A DNA stretch of 64,000 bases. Origin: an uncultured Candidatus Rokubacteria bacterium. GTDB lineage: Bacteria > Methylomirabilota > Methylomirabilia > Rokubacteriales > DASRDR01. The notes beneath the pieces were generated by a model. It saw only the letters and a program-made list of their open reading frames with translations, was not told the origin of the DNA and did not search any database. The stretch covers positions 8,923 through 72,922 of the forward strand of contig CAVVOZ010000009.1 in assembly GCA_963749975.1 (NCBI GenBank), written 5' to 3'. How positions within the stretch are numbered: the first letter of the stretch is position 1; every line of letters begins with the position of its first letter. Position numbers and translations under genes: made by a program. This document shows positions 47,746 through 60,481 of this stretch, piece after piece.

Positions 47746-48135
47746 CCGAGGGGAGCACCGCGCGTCGAATCGCCATCTTCTCCCAGGCCCTGGCTCGGTT
47801 GGAGCAGGCCTTGAGCATCCCCGAGGATCGCCATCGTCCGGGACGCCTGCATTCAGCGCTTCGAGTTCACGTTCGAGATGGCCTGGAAGGCCATCCAGGC
47901 GCACGCTCGGGTCCAGGGTATTCCGTGCGTGTCCCCTCGGGATTGCCTTCGCACGGCCTTTCGGCTCGGCCTCGTGGAGGACGACCCCGCGTGGATGGCG
48001 ATGGTGGAGGATCGAAATCGCACCACGCACACCTACGATGAGGCCAGCGCGCGTGCGATCTACGTCGCCCTGCCGGGCCACGCCCGGTTGCTGGCGACCC
48101 TCCTCGGCCGCTTGCGCGAACCGTCGGGGTCCTGA
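47742..48135 (+). CDS. HEPN / nucleotidyltransferase substrate-binding (HI0074-like) partner protein; frameshift ~47832
   Basis: GTG 47742 overlaps the MNT stop as GTGA. MTEGSTARRIAIFSQALARLEQALSIPEDR is in one frame. Then IVRDACIQRFEFTFEMAWKAIQAHARVQGI…WMAMVEDRNRTTHTYDEASARAIY (the R…H HEPN-like motif) is in the ORF 47878..48135 frame. Confidence 0.6.
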
Positions 48136-48483
48136 GCCCGGCTGGCCGAGACCTCGCCAGGACGCCGTGGAGGTGACAGCCGTGGGACGGCGCGTGCCCG
48201 GGCGAGAGACCACGGCTCCGAGTGCGATTAGGATCAGAAGGCGGTCTTTCTTTTCGCGGAGGTCGCGGTCGGTCGCCCCGCGGGCCACGCCGCGGAACGC
48301 CCGCATCGGCCGGTCGGGAACGAGGAAGATGACCCTCTCTTTGGCGAGCACGATGAGCTTCATCCCGGGCTGGAGCCGGAGTTGTTCGCGGACGGCTTCG
48401 TGGCAGCACGAGCCGGTACTTCCTGGACAGGGTCACCGTCTCCATCGTCTTACGAGGAGCGTAGTTCAAGCACGTTCCACCGC

Positions 48484-49110
48484 CTACTCGAGCCAGCGGG
48501 GGTCGCGGCCCGGGACCGCGCCGCCCGCGGTGGCGGCCGTCGGCCCGAGCCGGGCGAGGAAGTTCCCGAGGAGCGCCTTCCCCGACACGGTCAGGATCGA
48601 CTCCGGATGAAACTGGACGCCCTCGACCGGGAGCGTGCGGTGGCGAAGCCCCATGACCAGCCCGTCCTCGCTCTCCGCCGACACCTCGAGGCAGGCGGGC
48701 AGTCCCGCCCGACGCACCACGAGCGAGTGGTAGCGCGTCGCCTCGAAGGGGCTCGGCAGCCCCGCGAAGACCCCGCGTCCGTCGTGGTGGATCCAGGCCG
48801 TCTTGCCGTGGACGGGCACCGGCCCGCGCTCGACGATGCCGCCGAAGACCTCGCCGATGGCCTGATGCCCGAGACAGACGCCGAGGATCGGGACGCGCGC
48901 CGCGCACCGGCGGATGACCTCGACCGACACGCCCGCGTCGCGCGGGGCGCCCGGCCCCGGCGACACGACGATGCCCGCCGGCGCGAGCCGCTCGACCTCG
49001 TCCACCGTGATCGCGTCGTTCCGGTAGACCTCGAGCTCGGCGCCCAGCTCGCCGAGGTACTGGACGAGGTTGTAGGTGAAGGAGTCGTAGTTGTCGATCA
49101 TGAGCAGCAT
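48484..49110 (-). CDS. trpG: anthranilate synthase component II (glutamine amidotransferase)
   Basis: [23 protein letters not shown]…PGPGAP…[17 protein letters not shown]…GVQFHPESI carries the Cys-His-Glu GATase triad. Confidence 0.85.
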   Translation of the reverse strand: MLLMIDNYDSFTYNLVQYLGELGAELEVYRNDAITVDEVERLAPAGIVVSPGPGAPRDAGVSVEVIRRCAARVPILGVCLGHQAIGEVFGGIVERGPVPVHGKTAWIHHDGRGVFAGLPSPFEATRYHSLVVRRAGLPACLEVSAESEDGLVMGLRHRTLPVEGVQFHPESILTVSGKALLGNFLARLGPTAATAGGAVPGRDPRWLE

Positions 49111-50612
49111 CACGGCCTCCCGCCGGTCCGGCCGGCCCGCTCGATCGCCGCCATGAGGGCCCGCGCCTTGGCGACGCATTCCTCCTGCTCCCGCTCCGGC
49201 ACCGAGTCGTAGACGACGCCGGCGCCGGCCTGGACGTAGGCGGTGCCCCGCCGCACGAGCACGGTACGGATCGTGATCGCCGTGTTGAGCGACCCGTCGA
49301 AGCCGAAGTAGCCGACGCACCCGGCGTAGGGCCCCCGGGCCACGGGCTCCAGGGCGTCGATGATCTCCATCGCCCGCACCTTCGGCGCCCCGCTCACGGT
49401 GCCGTGCGGGAACACCGCCTGGAGCACCTCCCACGGTGACCGGCCCGGGGCGAGGGTGCCCTCGACGTGGGAGACCAGGTGCATCACGTGGGAGTAGCGC
49501 TCGATCGACAGGAGCTCGCTCACCCGGACCGAGCCGTACCGCGCGACGCGGCCCACGTCGTTCCGGGTGAGGTCGACGAGCATCACGTGCTCGGCGCGCT
49601 CCTTCGGGTCGGCGAGGAGCGCGCGGGCGTGCGCCTCGTCCTCCTCGCGGTCGCGGCCGCGCGGGCGCGTGCCCGCGAGCGGCCGCATCTCGATCCGGCC
49701 GTCCTCGAGCCGGACGAGGCGCTCGGGGGACGAGCCCACGAGCGTCGCCCCGTCCCCGGCGTCGAGGAGGAACATGTAGGGCGAGGGATTCACCACGCGG
49801 AGGGCGCGGTAGATGGCGAGGGGATCGAGCCCGGGGACCGGCGTCGCGAAGCGCTGCGAGAGGATCACCTGGTAGATGTCGCCGGCGCGGATGTGCTCCT
49901 GGGCGCGCTCCACGGCCGCGCAGTAGGCGTCGGGGGCCCAGTTCGACCGGGGCGCCAGTGTCGTCGCCACCGCCGCCGGCTCGGGCGGCCGGGGACTCCG
50001 GAGCCGATCGAGGACCTGCTCGATCCGCTCGCGCGCTCGCGCCTCGGCCGCCTCGGCGCCCCCGTCCTCGTCGAGGAAGGCGTTCGCGACGATGCGCATC
50101 GTGTGGCGCCGGTGGTCGAACGCCACGATGGTGTCCATGAGCGCCAGGCGGAAGACCGGAAGGCCGAGGTCGTCGGGCGGCCGGCCGGGCAGTCGCTCCC
50201 ACAGGCGCACCGCGTCGTACGCGAGGTAGCCGAGGAAGCCGCCGGTGAAGGGCGGGAGCTCCGGATCCCGCGCCGCGCGGTAGCGCCCGAGATACCGCTC
50301 GAGCGTCTCGAGGGGGCGCCCCCGCTCGAGCAGGGTGCCGTCGGGCCGGAGGACCCGCACCTCCGCGCCGTCACACTCCAGCACGAGGCGGGGATCCCCG
50401 CCGAGGACCGAGAAGCGCGCGACCTGCTCTGGCCCTTCCACGCTCTCGAGGAGGAAGCTCGAGGGGAGGTCGCGGAGGCGCAGGTAGGCGGAGATGGGGG
50501 TCTCCAGGTCGGCGAGCAGCTCGCGCGAGACGGGCACCACGTTGGGAGCGCCCGCCCCCACGGCGCGCGCGCCCGGGGCGGAGGCCGACGGCAGCTCGGC
50601 ACGGGTCGACAT
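49110..50612 (-). CDS. trpE: anthranilate synthase component I
   Basis: ATG 50612 with AAGGAG 6 nt upstream. …LLESVEGP… (Trp-feedback LLES motif) …PYMFLLD…GTRPRG…[13 protein letters not shown]…GAPKVRAME…. The stop overlaps the trpG start (ATGA). Confidence 0.9.
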   Translation of the reverse strand: MSTRAELPSASAPGARAVGAGAPNVVPVSRELLADLETPISAYLRLRDLPSSFLLESVEGPEQVARFSVLGGDPRLVLECDGAEVRVLRPDGTLLERGRPLETLERYLGRYRAARDPELPPFTGGFLGYLAYDAVRLWERLPGRPPDDLGLPVFRLALMDTIVAFDHRRHTMRIVANAFLDEDGGAEAAEARARERIEQVLDRLRSPRPPEPAAVATTLAPRSNWAPDAYCAAVERAQEHIRAGDIYQVILSQRFATPVPGLDPLAIYRALRVVNPSPYMFLLDAGDGATLVGSSPERLVRLEDGRIEMRPLAGTRPRGRDREEDEAHARALLADPKERAEHVMLVDLTRNDVGRVARYGSVRVSELLSIERYSHVMHLVSHVEGTLAPGRSPWEVLQAVFPHGTVSGAPKVRAMEIIDALEPVARGPYAGCVGYFGFDGSLNTAITIRTVLVRRGTAYVQAGAGVVYDSVPEREQEECVAKARALMAAIERAGRTGGRP

Positions 50613-50640
50613 CGAGAGCTCCTTTCGCGTCACAGAAACC

Positions 50641-50682
50641 AAAAAAGCCGGGGCTCGCGGGGACCGTCCCGCTCACCTCGGC
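50641..50682 (-). terminator. putative trp attenuator terminator (GC-rich stem-loops followed by U6)
   Basis: Reverse-strand RNA …GCCGAGGUGAGCGGGACGGUCCCCGCGAGCCCCGGCUUUUUUGG. The outer stem GCCGAGG/CCCCGGC (one mismatch) encloses the hairpin GCGGG-ACGGUC-CCCGC. U6 lies 29 nt upstream of the trpE start codon. Confidence 0.45.
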
Positions 50683-50717
50683 TCTGACTGTCCTGCTCTC
50701 GCTACGTTCGGTGATTG

Positions 50718-50807
50718 CTACGCGGGTCCGGGTCCCTCCTGGGCGTACGGACGCCACCAGCGCCAAACCCACCAGTGCTGACCGGTGGCTCGAGGGGATC
50801 CCCGCAT
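50718..50807 (-). CDS. trpL: trp operon leader peptide (29 aa, 5 Trp codons in 7)
   Basis: Reverse strand: ATG CGG GGA TCC CCT CGA GCC ACC GGT CAG CAC TGG TGG GTT TGG CGC TGG TGG CGT CCG TAC GCC CAG GAG GGA CCC GGA CCC GCG TAG = MRGSPRATGQHWWVWRWWRPYAQEGPGPA*. GAGG lies before the ATG, and an in-frame ATG 12 nt upstream (50819) would give MLRGM…. Confidence 0.6.
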   Translation of the reverse strand: MRGSPRATGQHWWVWRWWRPYAQEGPGPA

Positions 50808-50829
50808 GCCTCGTAGCATCGTGCCGGCC

Positions 50830-50858
50830 ACGATAGTGGGCACGGCGCACCGTGTCAA
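50830..50858 (-). promoter_or_regulatory. sigma70-like promoter of the trpL-trpE-trpG operon
   Basis: Reverse strand TTGACA (50858-50853), 17-nt spacer, TATCGT (50835-50830). Predicted TSS ~50823, just upstream of the leader peptide. Confidence 0.4.
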
Positions 50859-50884
50859 GGGCGCCGTTCCAAGGCGGCGACGCC

Positions 50885-51337
50885 TCACCCCTGCTCCTCC
50901 TCCAACCGCTCCAAGTCCGCCAGGTCCCGGAGTCGCCCGGTCGCGCGCTTGTTCCGGATGAGTGTCTCGCGATCGAGGAAGGGGATATCGAGTGACCCGA
51001 CCCGATGCAGTACACGCGCGCCCCAGGCGCTCTCAAAGTCGACCCCGGTCAACCCCGTGAGGATGTCGATGCGACGGGGAGGCAGCCCGATCTGCAGGAC
51101 GATGCCGGGCCGGGTCAGATCGCCGGGCACCGCGCCGAGCGTCTCCATCGGGGCACCGAAGCGTCGCAGCGCCTCCCAGATCCGCTCGGCGTTGACCGCA
51201 TCCGCGAGGACCCAAATGTCGAGATCCCCCGTGGCGCGGACCACCCCGTGGACCGCCAGGGCGTGGGCGCCGACGACCAGGAAGCGCGCGCCGCTCGCCA
51301 GGAGGGCCGCGAGCATGTCCTGGAAGTCTTGGTTCAC
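50885..51337 (-). CDS. hypothetical protein (~150 aa), possible nucleotidyltransferase-like fold
   Basis: GTG 51337 with GGAGG 14 nt upstream. MNQDFQDMLAALLASGARFLVVGAHALAVHGVVRATGDLDIWV…DILTGLTGVDFESAWGAR…. The long upstream extension in ORF 50885..51541 is Arg/Pro-rich junk. Confidence 0.4.
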   Translation of the reverse strand: MNQDFQDMLAALLASGARFLVVGAHALAVHGVVRATGDLDIWVLADAVNAERIWEALRRFGAPMETLGAVPGDLTRPGIVLQIGLPPRRIDILTGLTGVDFESAWGARVLHRVGSLDIPFLDRETLIRNKRATGRLRDLADLERLEEEQG

Positions 51338-51772
51338 GCGGGGCTCGCGGGCCTCCGACGATCGAGCCGGCAGAGCCGGAGGGGAGTCGCGGTCCGCGGG
51401 TAATTGGGCATCGGCCGACCGCTCAGCGCCCAGGCCTCCACCGTGAGGGACCAGACCATCGCCAGGCGCTCTTCGGGCGTGGCCAATCGGTCGACGTGAT
51501 CCTGGGGCTCGGCCCCGAGGGCGACGAGCCGCACAGGCCACGTGCGGCGGGACGCCGCCCTGGACACCGTCCCCGCAGCCTCGCCTTCCGGCATGCCGGG
51601 ATTATAGTCCAGGGGACTCCTGAGAGCACCGATTCCGCGGTTTGCCCCGGCGCTATAATGGCGCCGCCTTCAGACCCGTCCGAGACTGCGGCGGACCAGG
51701 CGCGCCGAGCGAGGGCCCGCCGGAACGAGCGAGCGCAGCGGATCGGCGCGACGACGGGTCGCAGTCGGTCCG

Positions 51773-54571
<2,799 letters not shown>

Positions 54572-54616
54572 TCGAGGGAGCCGCGCGGAGCCACCGCGCG
54601 CGGCGAGGAGCGGAGC

Positions 54617-54982
54617 GTGGCCAAGCGCATCCTGGTCGTCGAGGATCACGAGGAGAATCGCCAGATCATGCGCGATCTCCTGACGCACGCGGGCTACGAG
54701 ATGGTCGAGGCCCACACCGGGGAGGACGGCGTGATCGCCGCCGGCCGCGAGCGCCCGGATCTCATCCTCATGGACATCCAGCTGCCGGGAATCGACGGCT
54801 ACGAGACGACCCGGCGAATCAAGGCGGACCCAGCGCTCCGCGCGATCCCGATCATCGCCGTCACGTCCTACGCGCTCTCCGGCGACGACCAGAAAGCCCT
54901 CGCCGCCGGCTGCGACGCGTACGTGACGAAGCCCTTCAGCCCGCGTGCCCTGCTGGGAAAGATCCGCGGGTACCTCGGATGA
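54617..54982 (+). CDS. response regulator, single receiver domain (CheY-like)
   Basis: GTG 54617 with AGGAG upstream. ILVVEDHEENRQIMRDLL…DLILMDIQLPGIDGYETTRRIK…IPIIAVTSYALSGD…AAGCDAYVTKP. Confidence 0.85.
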   Translation: MAKRILVVEDHEENRQIMRDLLTHAGYEMVEAHTGEDGVIAAGRERPDLILMDIQLPGIDGYETTRRIKADPALRAIPIIAVTSYALSGDDQKALAAGCDAYVTKPFSPRALLGKIRGYLG

Positions 54983-54986
54983 CGCG

Positions 54987-56101
54987 GTGAGGACGCCGCC
55001 GCGCCTCCTGATCGCGGACGACAACCCGCTCAACGTCGACATCCTCCGGACCCGACTCGCCACCCAGGGCTACGAGGTGCTCACGGCGAGCGATGGCGAA
55101 GCGGCGCTGGCACTCGCGCGCGCGCAGCAGCCCGATCTCCTCCTCCTCGACATCATGATGCCGGGGCTCGATGGGCTCGAGGTGTGCCGCCGCCTGAAGG
55201 GCGACCCCACGCTCCCGTTCATGCCGGTCATTCTCGTCACCGCCAAGGCCGACTCGCGGGACGTCGTGGCCGGCCTCGACGCGGGCGCGGACGAGTACCT
55301 GACGAAGCCGGTGGACCAGGCGGCGCTGGTCTCGCGGGTGAAGTCCATGCTCCGGATCAAGGCGCTCCACGACACGGTCGAGGAGCAGGCGTCGGCCCTC
55401 GGCGAGTGGAACCGCACCCTCGAGAGCCGCGTGCGCCAGCAGGTCGAGGAGCTCGAGCGGCTGGGGCGGCTGAAGCGCTTCTTCTCGCCGCAGCTCGCCG
55501 ACGCGATCGTCCAGGGCGGCGCCGAGGATCCTCTCCGGTCGCACCGGCGCGAGGTGACGGTGGTCTTCGCCGACTTGCGGGGGTTCACGGCCTTCGCCGA
55601 GGCGGCCGAGCCCGAGGAGGTCATGGCGGTCCTCCGCGAGTACCACGGCGAGATGGGCCGGCTCATCCTGGCTCACGAGGGCACGCTCGAGCGGTTCACG
55701 GGCGACGGGCTCATGGTGTTCTTCAACGATCCGATTCCCGTGCCCGACGCCCCGGAGCGCGCGGTGCGCATGGCGGTCGCCATGCGGGATCGCGTCGCCG
55801 AGCTCGCCGCGAAGTGGCGCCGCGAGGGGTACGAGCTCGACCTCGGCCTCGGCATCGCCCGGGGCTACGCGACGCTCGGCGCGATCGGCTTCGAGGGACG
55901 CTGGGACTACGCGGCGCTCGGGACGGTGACCAACCTGGCGGCGCGGCTCTGCGGCGAGGCCCGACCGGGCCAGATCCTCGTCGCCCACCGTGTCCTGGCG
56001 GCGCTGGACGAGCTGGTGGACGTGGAGCCGCTGGGGGAGGTCGCCCTCAAGGGCTTCCTCCGCCCGTCCCCGTCTTCAGCGTGCTGCGACTGCGGTCGTA
56101 G
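54987..56101 (+). CDS. response-regulator receiver / class III adenylate-guanylate cyclase fusion; 1-bp deletion frameshift ~56063
   Basis: GTG 54987. Receiver (LLIADDNPLNVDILRTRL…LLLLDIMMPGLDG…ILVTAKAD…DEYLTKP), coiled-coil linker, then cyclase homology domain (REVTVVFADLRGFT…FTGDGLMVFFN…GIARGYATLGAIGFEGRWDYAALGTVTNLAARL). The true C-terminus …GFLRPVPVFSVLRLRS* is in the ORF 55184..56101 frame. Confidence 0.8.
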
Positions 56102-56552
56102 GGTCTTCCGGATCGTGGGACCGGCCCGGTGCCCTTGGCGTGCGAGCGCCCGTCCGGAGCGCTCGCGCCACGGCGAGCTTCTGGGGGGGCCGTGGTCCGC
56201 GAGGTCGAGCTCGCCTCGTAGAACGTGCCGAGATGCCGGGAGTCAACCATCAGGACGCAGTGCGAGCCCTGGAGACGGCAGGCTAACGAATCGTCCGGCA
56301 GGGGAAGCACATCGTGAGAGCGACGGGGTCCGGATCGTGACCATTCCAAGGACAGGTCGATTCTTCACCTGCTGACGAGGTTACCCCGGACCGGTCGGAC
56401 AGTGCGACGCCCACGGGCGCTCGACGGCCCAGCCCACGCAGCTCTTCGCGGGACGCCTGTCCGGTCCGCCGGCCACGGGGGGTGGAGACTTCGGGTCCCC
56501 AACCCTGGCCTCTTAGGCGACGCTAACGGGGGCTCGCGGGCTTTCCCCGACT

Positions 56553-57357
56553 GTGGCATGGTATGGCGTCATGCAGCCGCCCGCGGAGGCCCCGCCGTCC
56601 TTCTGGGATGATGTCGGGGCGAACTTCCCGTCGCTCAAGGGGGCGGTGTCCACCGCCTACTACTTCGACTGCGAGCGCTGGCTCTTCGAGACGTACCTCC
56701 CCAAGCTTCGAGACCTCGTCGTCTTCAAGACCGACCTCTGGGACGAGGCGAAGAACACCGAGATCCTGCGCTGGGCGGCCGATCGCGGCGCCCGTCCGAT
56801 GGGTGTCGACGTGTCGATCGACGTCGTGCGGGAAGCGGGCAAGGTGCTCGACGCCCATCGCCCGGGCTTCGTGGTCGGCGACGTGCGGGCGATCCCGTTC
56901 CGGGACGGCGCGGTTGACGCGGTCTACTCGATGGGAACGATCGAGCACTTCGAGGAATACGCCCAGGCGGTCCGGGAGATCTTCCGGATCCTCAAGCCCG
57001 GCGGCACGGCGATCGTCGGCGTGCCCAACAAGCTCGACCCGTTCCTCAGGCCGCTCATGGTCCACGTGCTGAACGCCGACGGGTCTGTACGGCTACGGGA
57101 TGGAGAAGTCGTTCACGCCCGGCGCCCTCCAGCGCCTGCTGGAGTCGGCCGGCTTCCGGGTCACCGCGCGGACGGGCATCCTCTTCATCCCCGGCTGGCT
57201 CCGGATGCTGGAGCTGTGGCTCTACACGCGGCGCGTCCCGGCTCACCGGCGTCATCACCTCCGGCCCGTCCGCCTGTTCGCCTGGCTGTACCGGCGGTTC
57301 CCCGCCGTCCGGCGCCACGGGTACCTGACCGTCTGCGTGGCGGAGCGCCCGGACTGA
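56553..57357 (+). CDS. class I SAM-dependent methyltransferase; 1-bp insertion frameshift ~57082
   Basis: GTG 56553. …VVGDVRAIPFRDGAVDAVYSMGTIEHFEEY…ILKPGGTAIVGVPNKLDPFLRP… The C-terminus (…GYGMEKSFTPGALQRLLESAGFRVTARTGILFIPGW…TVCVAERPD*) is in the ORF 57100..57357 frame. Confidence 0.7.
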
Positions 57358-57450
57358 CGCACCTCGGGACCCGGCGGCGCGCTCGCGCGGCGTGATCGCG
57401 GGCCCGCGCGGCCGGCCGCGCGGGGCCCGATGCTATACTCGATTCCTGCC

Positions 57451-58782
57451 ATGAACGTCCACCTCGTGAGCCTCGGCTGCCCCAAGAACCAGGTCGACGG
57501 CGAGCTGATGCTCGGGCTGCTCGCCAGGGACGGGGTGGCCCCGGTGGCCGAGGCCGAGGCCGCCGACTGCGTCGTCGTGAACACCTGTGCGTTCATCGAC
57601 CGGGCCAAGCAGGAGTCGATCGAGACGATCCTCGAGCTGGCGGCGTGGAAGGCCCGGGTCCCGGGCCGGCGCCTGGTCGTCACCGGCTGCCTGCCCCAGC
57701 GTTACGGCGCCGAGCTCCTGTCCGAGATGCCGGAGATCGACGCGCTCGTCGGGACCGGGGAGCTGCCGCGCATCGTGGACGTGGTCCGCCGGCTGGACAC
57801 GCGCGACGCCTGGGTCGCGGGAGCCCCGCCGGGATACGTGTACCGCGCCGACGCCCCGCGGGTGCGTCTCGGTCAGGTGCCGTACGCCTACGTGAAGATC
57901 GCCGAGGGCTGCAACATGGGCTGCACCTTCTGCGCGATCCCCCTCATGCGCGGCCGTCACCGGAGCCGTCCGCTCGCCGACGTCGTGGCCGAGGTGGAGG
58001 CGCTCGCGCGGGACGGCGTCCAGGAGGTGGTGCTGGTCTCCCAGGACACCCTCGCGTGGGGGAAGGACCTGCCCGGCGGGCCGGGGCGATCGGACTTCGG
58101 CGACCTGCTCCTCGCGCTCTCCGAGACGGCGGTCCCGTGGCTCCGCTATCTCTATCTCCACCCGGCGCACGTGACGGACGGGCTCGTCCGGAAGCTCGGC
58201 CGGGCCCGGGCGCTCCCGTACGTGGACATGCCGATCCAGCACGCCGACGACGGCGTGCTCCGCGCCATGCGGCGCGGGGTGACGCAGCGGCGCATGGCGG
58301 AGATCGTCGCGACGCTCCGGGACGCCATCCCGGACGCGACGCTCCGGACGACCGTCCTCGTCGGCTTCCCCGGCGAGACCGAGGCGGCCTTCGAGACGCT
58401 CCTCGCGTTCCTGGACGACACGCGCTTCGATCGCGTCGGGAGCTTCGTCTATTCCGCCGAGGAGGGCACGCCGGCGGCCGCGCTGCCGGCTCCGGTGCCG
58501 GTGGAGGTTGCCGAGGAGCGGGCGCGGCTGGTCCAGGAGACCCAGGACCGCCTGGCCTGGGAGCGCCAGGCCGCGCTGCTGGGCTCGGTCCACGAGGTGC
58601 TGATCGACGGCCCGAGCGAGGATCCGGCCTTTGCGTGGGAGGGCCGGACGGCCGCGCAGGCGCCGGAGATCGACGGGGTCGTGTATCTCCGGGATCGGGA
58701 CCTCGCCCCCGGCCGTCGCGTCCCCGTGGAGATCGTCGAGGTCGACGGCTACGATCTTGTCGGGACCCTCGCCCGCCGCTGA
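57451..58782 (+). CDS. rimO: ribosomal protein S12 methylthiotransferase
   Basis: MNVHLVSLGCPKNQVDGE… (MTTase N domain), radical-SAM CNMGCTFC, C-terminal TRAM domain. Confidence 0.9.
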   Translation: MNVHLVSLGCPKNQVDGELMLGLLARDGVAPVAEAEAADCVVVNTCAFIDRAKQESIETILELAAWKARVPGRRLVVTGCLPQRYGAELLSEMPEIDALVGTGELPRIVDVVRRLDTRDAWVAGAPPGYVYRADAPRVRLGQVPYAYVKIAEGCNMGCTFCAIPLMRGRHRSRPLADVVAEVEALARDGVQEVVLVSQDTLAWGKDLPGGPGRSDFGDLLLALSETAVPWLRYLYLHPAHVTDGLVRKLGRARALPYVDMPIQHADDGVLRAMRRGVTQRRMAEIVATLRDAIPDATLRTTVLVGFPGETEAAFETLLAFLDDTRFDRVGSFVYSAEEGTPAAALPAPVPVEVAEERARLVQETQDRLAWERQAALLGSVHEVLIDGPSEDPAFAWEGRTAAQAPEIDGVVYLRDRDLAPGRRVPVEIVEVDGYDLVGTLARR

Positions 58783-59245
58783 GAAGCCCGCGCCGGCGGG
58801 CCTCGGTTCGCAGCTGGCCCGCTGGATCGCGACCGTCGGAGGGCTCGGTTACGCGCCCTTCGCTCCCGGCACCGTCACCAGCCTTCCCGTCGCCCTCGCT
58901 GTCTGGTGGTTCCGGCCCGGCGATGTGGCCCTGCTCGGGGCGACGGCGGTGGTGTCGGCGATCGGGATCTGGGCGGCCGGCCGGGAGGAGGCACGCGTCG
59001 GGTCGAAGGATCCGCGGGCCATCGTCATCGACGAGGTCGCCGGGATGCTGATCGCCTGCTACGGGCACCCGCGCACCCTGCCCTGGGTCCTCGGGCTGTT
59101 TCTGGCCTTCCGGGTGTTCGACGTCGTGAAGCCGCTCGGCATCGCCAAGCTGCAGGATCTGCCCGGTGGGCTCGGCGTGGTGGCGGACGATCTGCTCGCC
59201 GGCATCTATGTGAGCCTCCTCGGTCAGCTGCGCCATCTCGTCTGA
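58757..59245 (+). CDS. pgpA: phosphatidylglycerophosphatase A
   Basis: …IATVGGLGYAPFAPGTVTSLPVALAVWW…DPRAIVIDEVAGMLIA…FRVFDVVKPLGIAKLQDLPGGLGVVADDLLAGIY…. No ATG/GTG is suitably placed. TTG 58757, overlapping the rimO 3' end, is the best candidate start, so the start is uncertain. Confidence 0.65.
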   Translation: MSGPSPAAEKPAPAGLGSQLARWIATVGGLGYAPFAPGTVTSLPVALAVWWFRPGDVALLGATAVVSAIGIWAAGREEARVGSKDPRAIVIDEVAGMLIACYGHPRTLPWVLGLFLAFRVFDVVKPLGIAKLQDLPGGLGVVADDLLAGIYVSLLGQLRHLV

Positions 59246-59248
59246 CCC

Positions 59249-60481
59249 GTGCTGACCGCCGAGCTGGTGACCGTGTCCGCCGATCCCGCGGGGACGGGCG
59301 CTGACGCGGCGCAGGCGGTGGGCCGCGTCCTCGAGCGCGCGGGGTGCCCGGTCCGTGCCCGCCGCGCCGTGCCTGCCGAGGAAGAGGCGGTCGAGCGCGC
59401 GCTCCGCCAGGCCGTGGCCGAGGGCGGTCTCGTCGTGGCGGTGGGCGAGGGCGACGGCGCCGGGACACTCCGGCAGGCCCTCGCGCGGTGCCTCGGGAGC
59501 CGCCTCGTCCTGAGCGGCCGCGCCCTCGAGGCCCTCACGAGCGCCTACGCGGCGCGCGGGCAGGCCGTGCCCGGGCGGGCGGAGCAGCTGGCGCTCGTGC
59601 CTCAGGGGGCGACGGTCGTTGTCCCGGCTGAGGCCGGTGAGCCCGGGCTCCTCGCGGAGATGGGGAGCACGGTGATTCTCGTGCTACCCGCCGCCCCGGC
59701 GGCCGCGGTGGCGCTGGCACGGACGCACCTCCTCCCGCGACTCACGCAGGCGGGCGCGGGGCCGGTCGTTCAGGTCCGCACGCTCCGGCTCGTCGGGCTC
59801 GACGTGGGCACTGCGGAGGCCCAGCTCCAGGCGGCGCTTCGCGGGACGGAGGGCGTGAGCGGCCACGTGGTCGACACCGGGGAGGAGTGCTGGGCGCGCG
59901 TCAGGCTTCGCGCGGACTCGCCGGTCCGGGCCGATGCGGCGTTCGGCGCGCTCGAGCCTGCCCTCCGCGGGGCCTTCGGCGCTGCCTGGTACGGTGTCGA
60001 CGACGAGGCGCTCGAGGTCGTGGTCGGCCGCCTCCTCCGCGCGCGGGGCTTGACCGTCGCTCTCGCCGAGTCCTGTACCGGCGGCCTCGTGGGCCACCGG
60101 CTGACCCAGGTTGCCGGCAGCTCGGCCTACTTCGAGCGGGGGTTCGTCGTCTACTCGAACGAGGCGAAGCAGGCGCTCCTGGGCGTGCCGGCGGCCGTGC
60201 TGCGGGAGCACGGTGCGGTCTCGGCGGCCTGTGCCGAGGCGATGGCGCGTGGCGCGCGCGAGCGCGCGGGCACCGACATCGGGGTTTCCGTCACCGGCAT
60301 CGCCGGCCCCGACGGCGGCACGCCGACGAAGCCGGTCGGCACCGTGTTCGTCGGCCTCGCGGACCGGCAGGGCGCCGTCGTCGAGCGCCACCGCTTCGAC
60401 CGGGACCGGGAAGGCAACAAGGCGCTCTCCGCGGTGCGGGCCCTGGATCTCCTCCGTCGCCGCTGTCTCGAGGCGACCTGA
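59249..60481 (+). CDS. cinA: competence/damage-inducible protein CinA (MoCF-binding domain + NMN amidohydrolase PncC domain)
   Basis: GTG 59249. C-terminal …TVALAESCTGGLVGHRLTQVAGSSAYFERGFVVYSNEAKQALLGVP…GVSVTGIAGPDGGTPTKPVGTVFVGLAD…. Confidence 0.85.
   Translation: MLTAELVTVSADPAGTGADAAQAVGRVLERAGCPVRARRAVPAEEEAVERALRQAVAEGGLVVAVGEGDGAGTLRQALARCLGSRLVLSGRALEALTSAYAARGQAVPGRAEQLALVPQGATVVVPAEAGEPGLLAEMGSTVILVLPAAPAAAVALARTHLLPRLTQAGAGPVVQVRTLRLVGLDVGTAEAQLQAALRGTEGVSGHVVDTGEECWARVRLRADSPVRADAAFGALEPALRGAFGAAWYGVDDEALEVVVGRLLRARGLTVALAESCTGGLVGHRLTQVAGSSAYFERGFVVYSNEAKQALLGVPAAVLREHGAVSAACAEAMARGARERAGTDIGVSVTGIAGPDGGTPTKPVGTVFVGLADRQGAVVERHRFDRDREGNKALSAVRALDLLRRRCLEAT

Noticed and set aside
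41628-47818. Minus-strand ORFs 41628..43118, 43609..45615, 46064..47818 and plus-strand ORF 43833..45701
   Set aside because: Antisense or off-frame shadows of rnj, ftsK, lolA and yajQ.
47308-48363. Minus ORF beginning MKLIVLAKERVIFLVPDRP…
   Set aside because: Only ~75 codons lie outside the MNT/HEPN genes, and the remainder runs antisense through them. There is no supporting motif or RBS, so it was treated as spurious.
50612-50830. T-box riboswitch as the trpE leader
   Set aside because: No AGGGUGGNACCGCG T-box consensus or specifier-loop features were found. The Trp-codon-rich leader peptide plus a terminator explains the leader better.
57433-59236. Minus ORFs 57433..58593 and 57944..59236
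   Set aside because: Antisense to rimO and pgpA.
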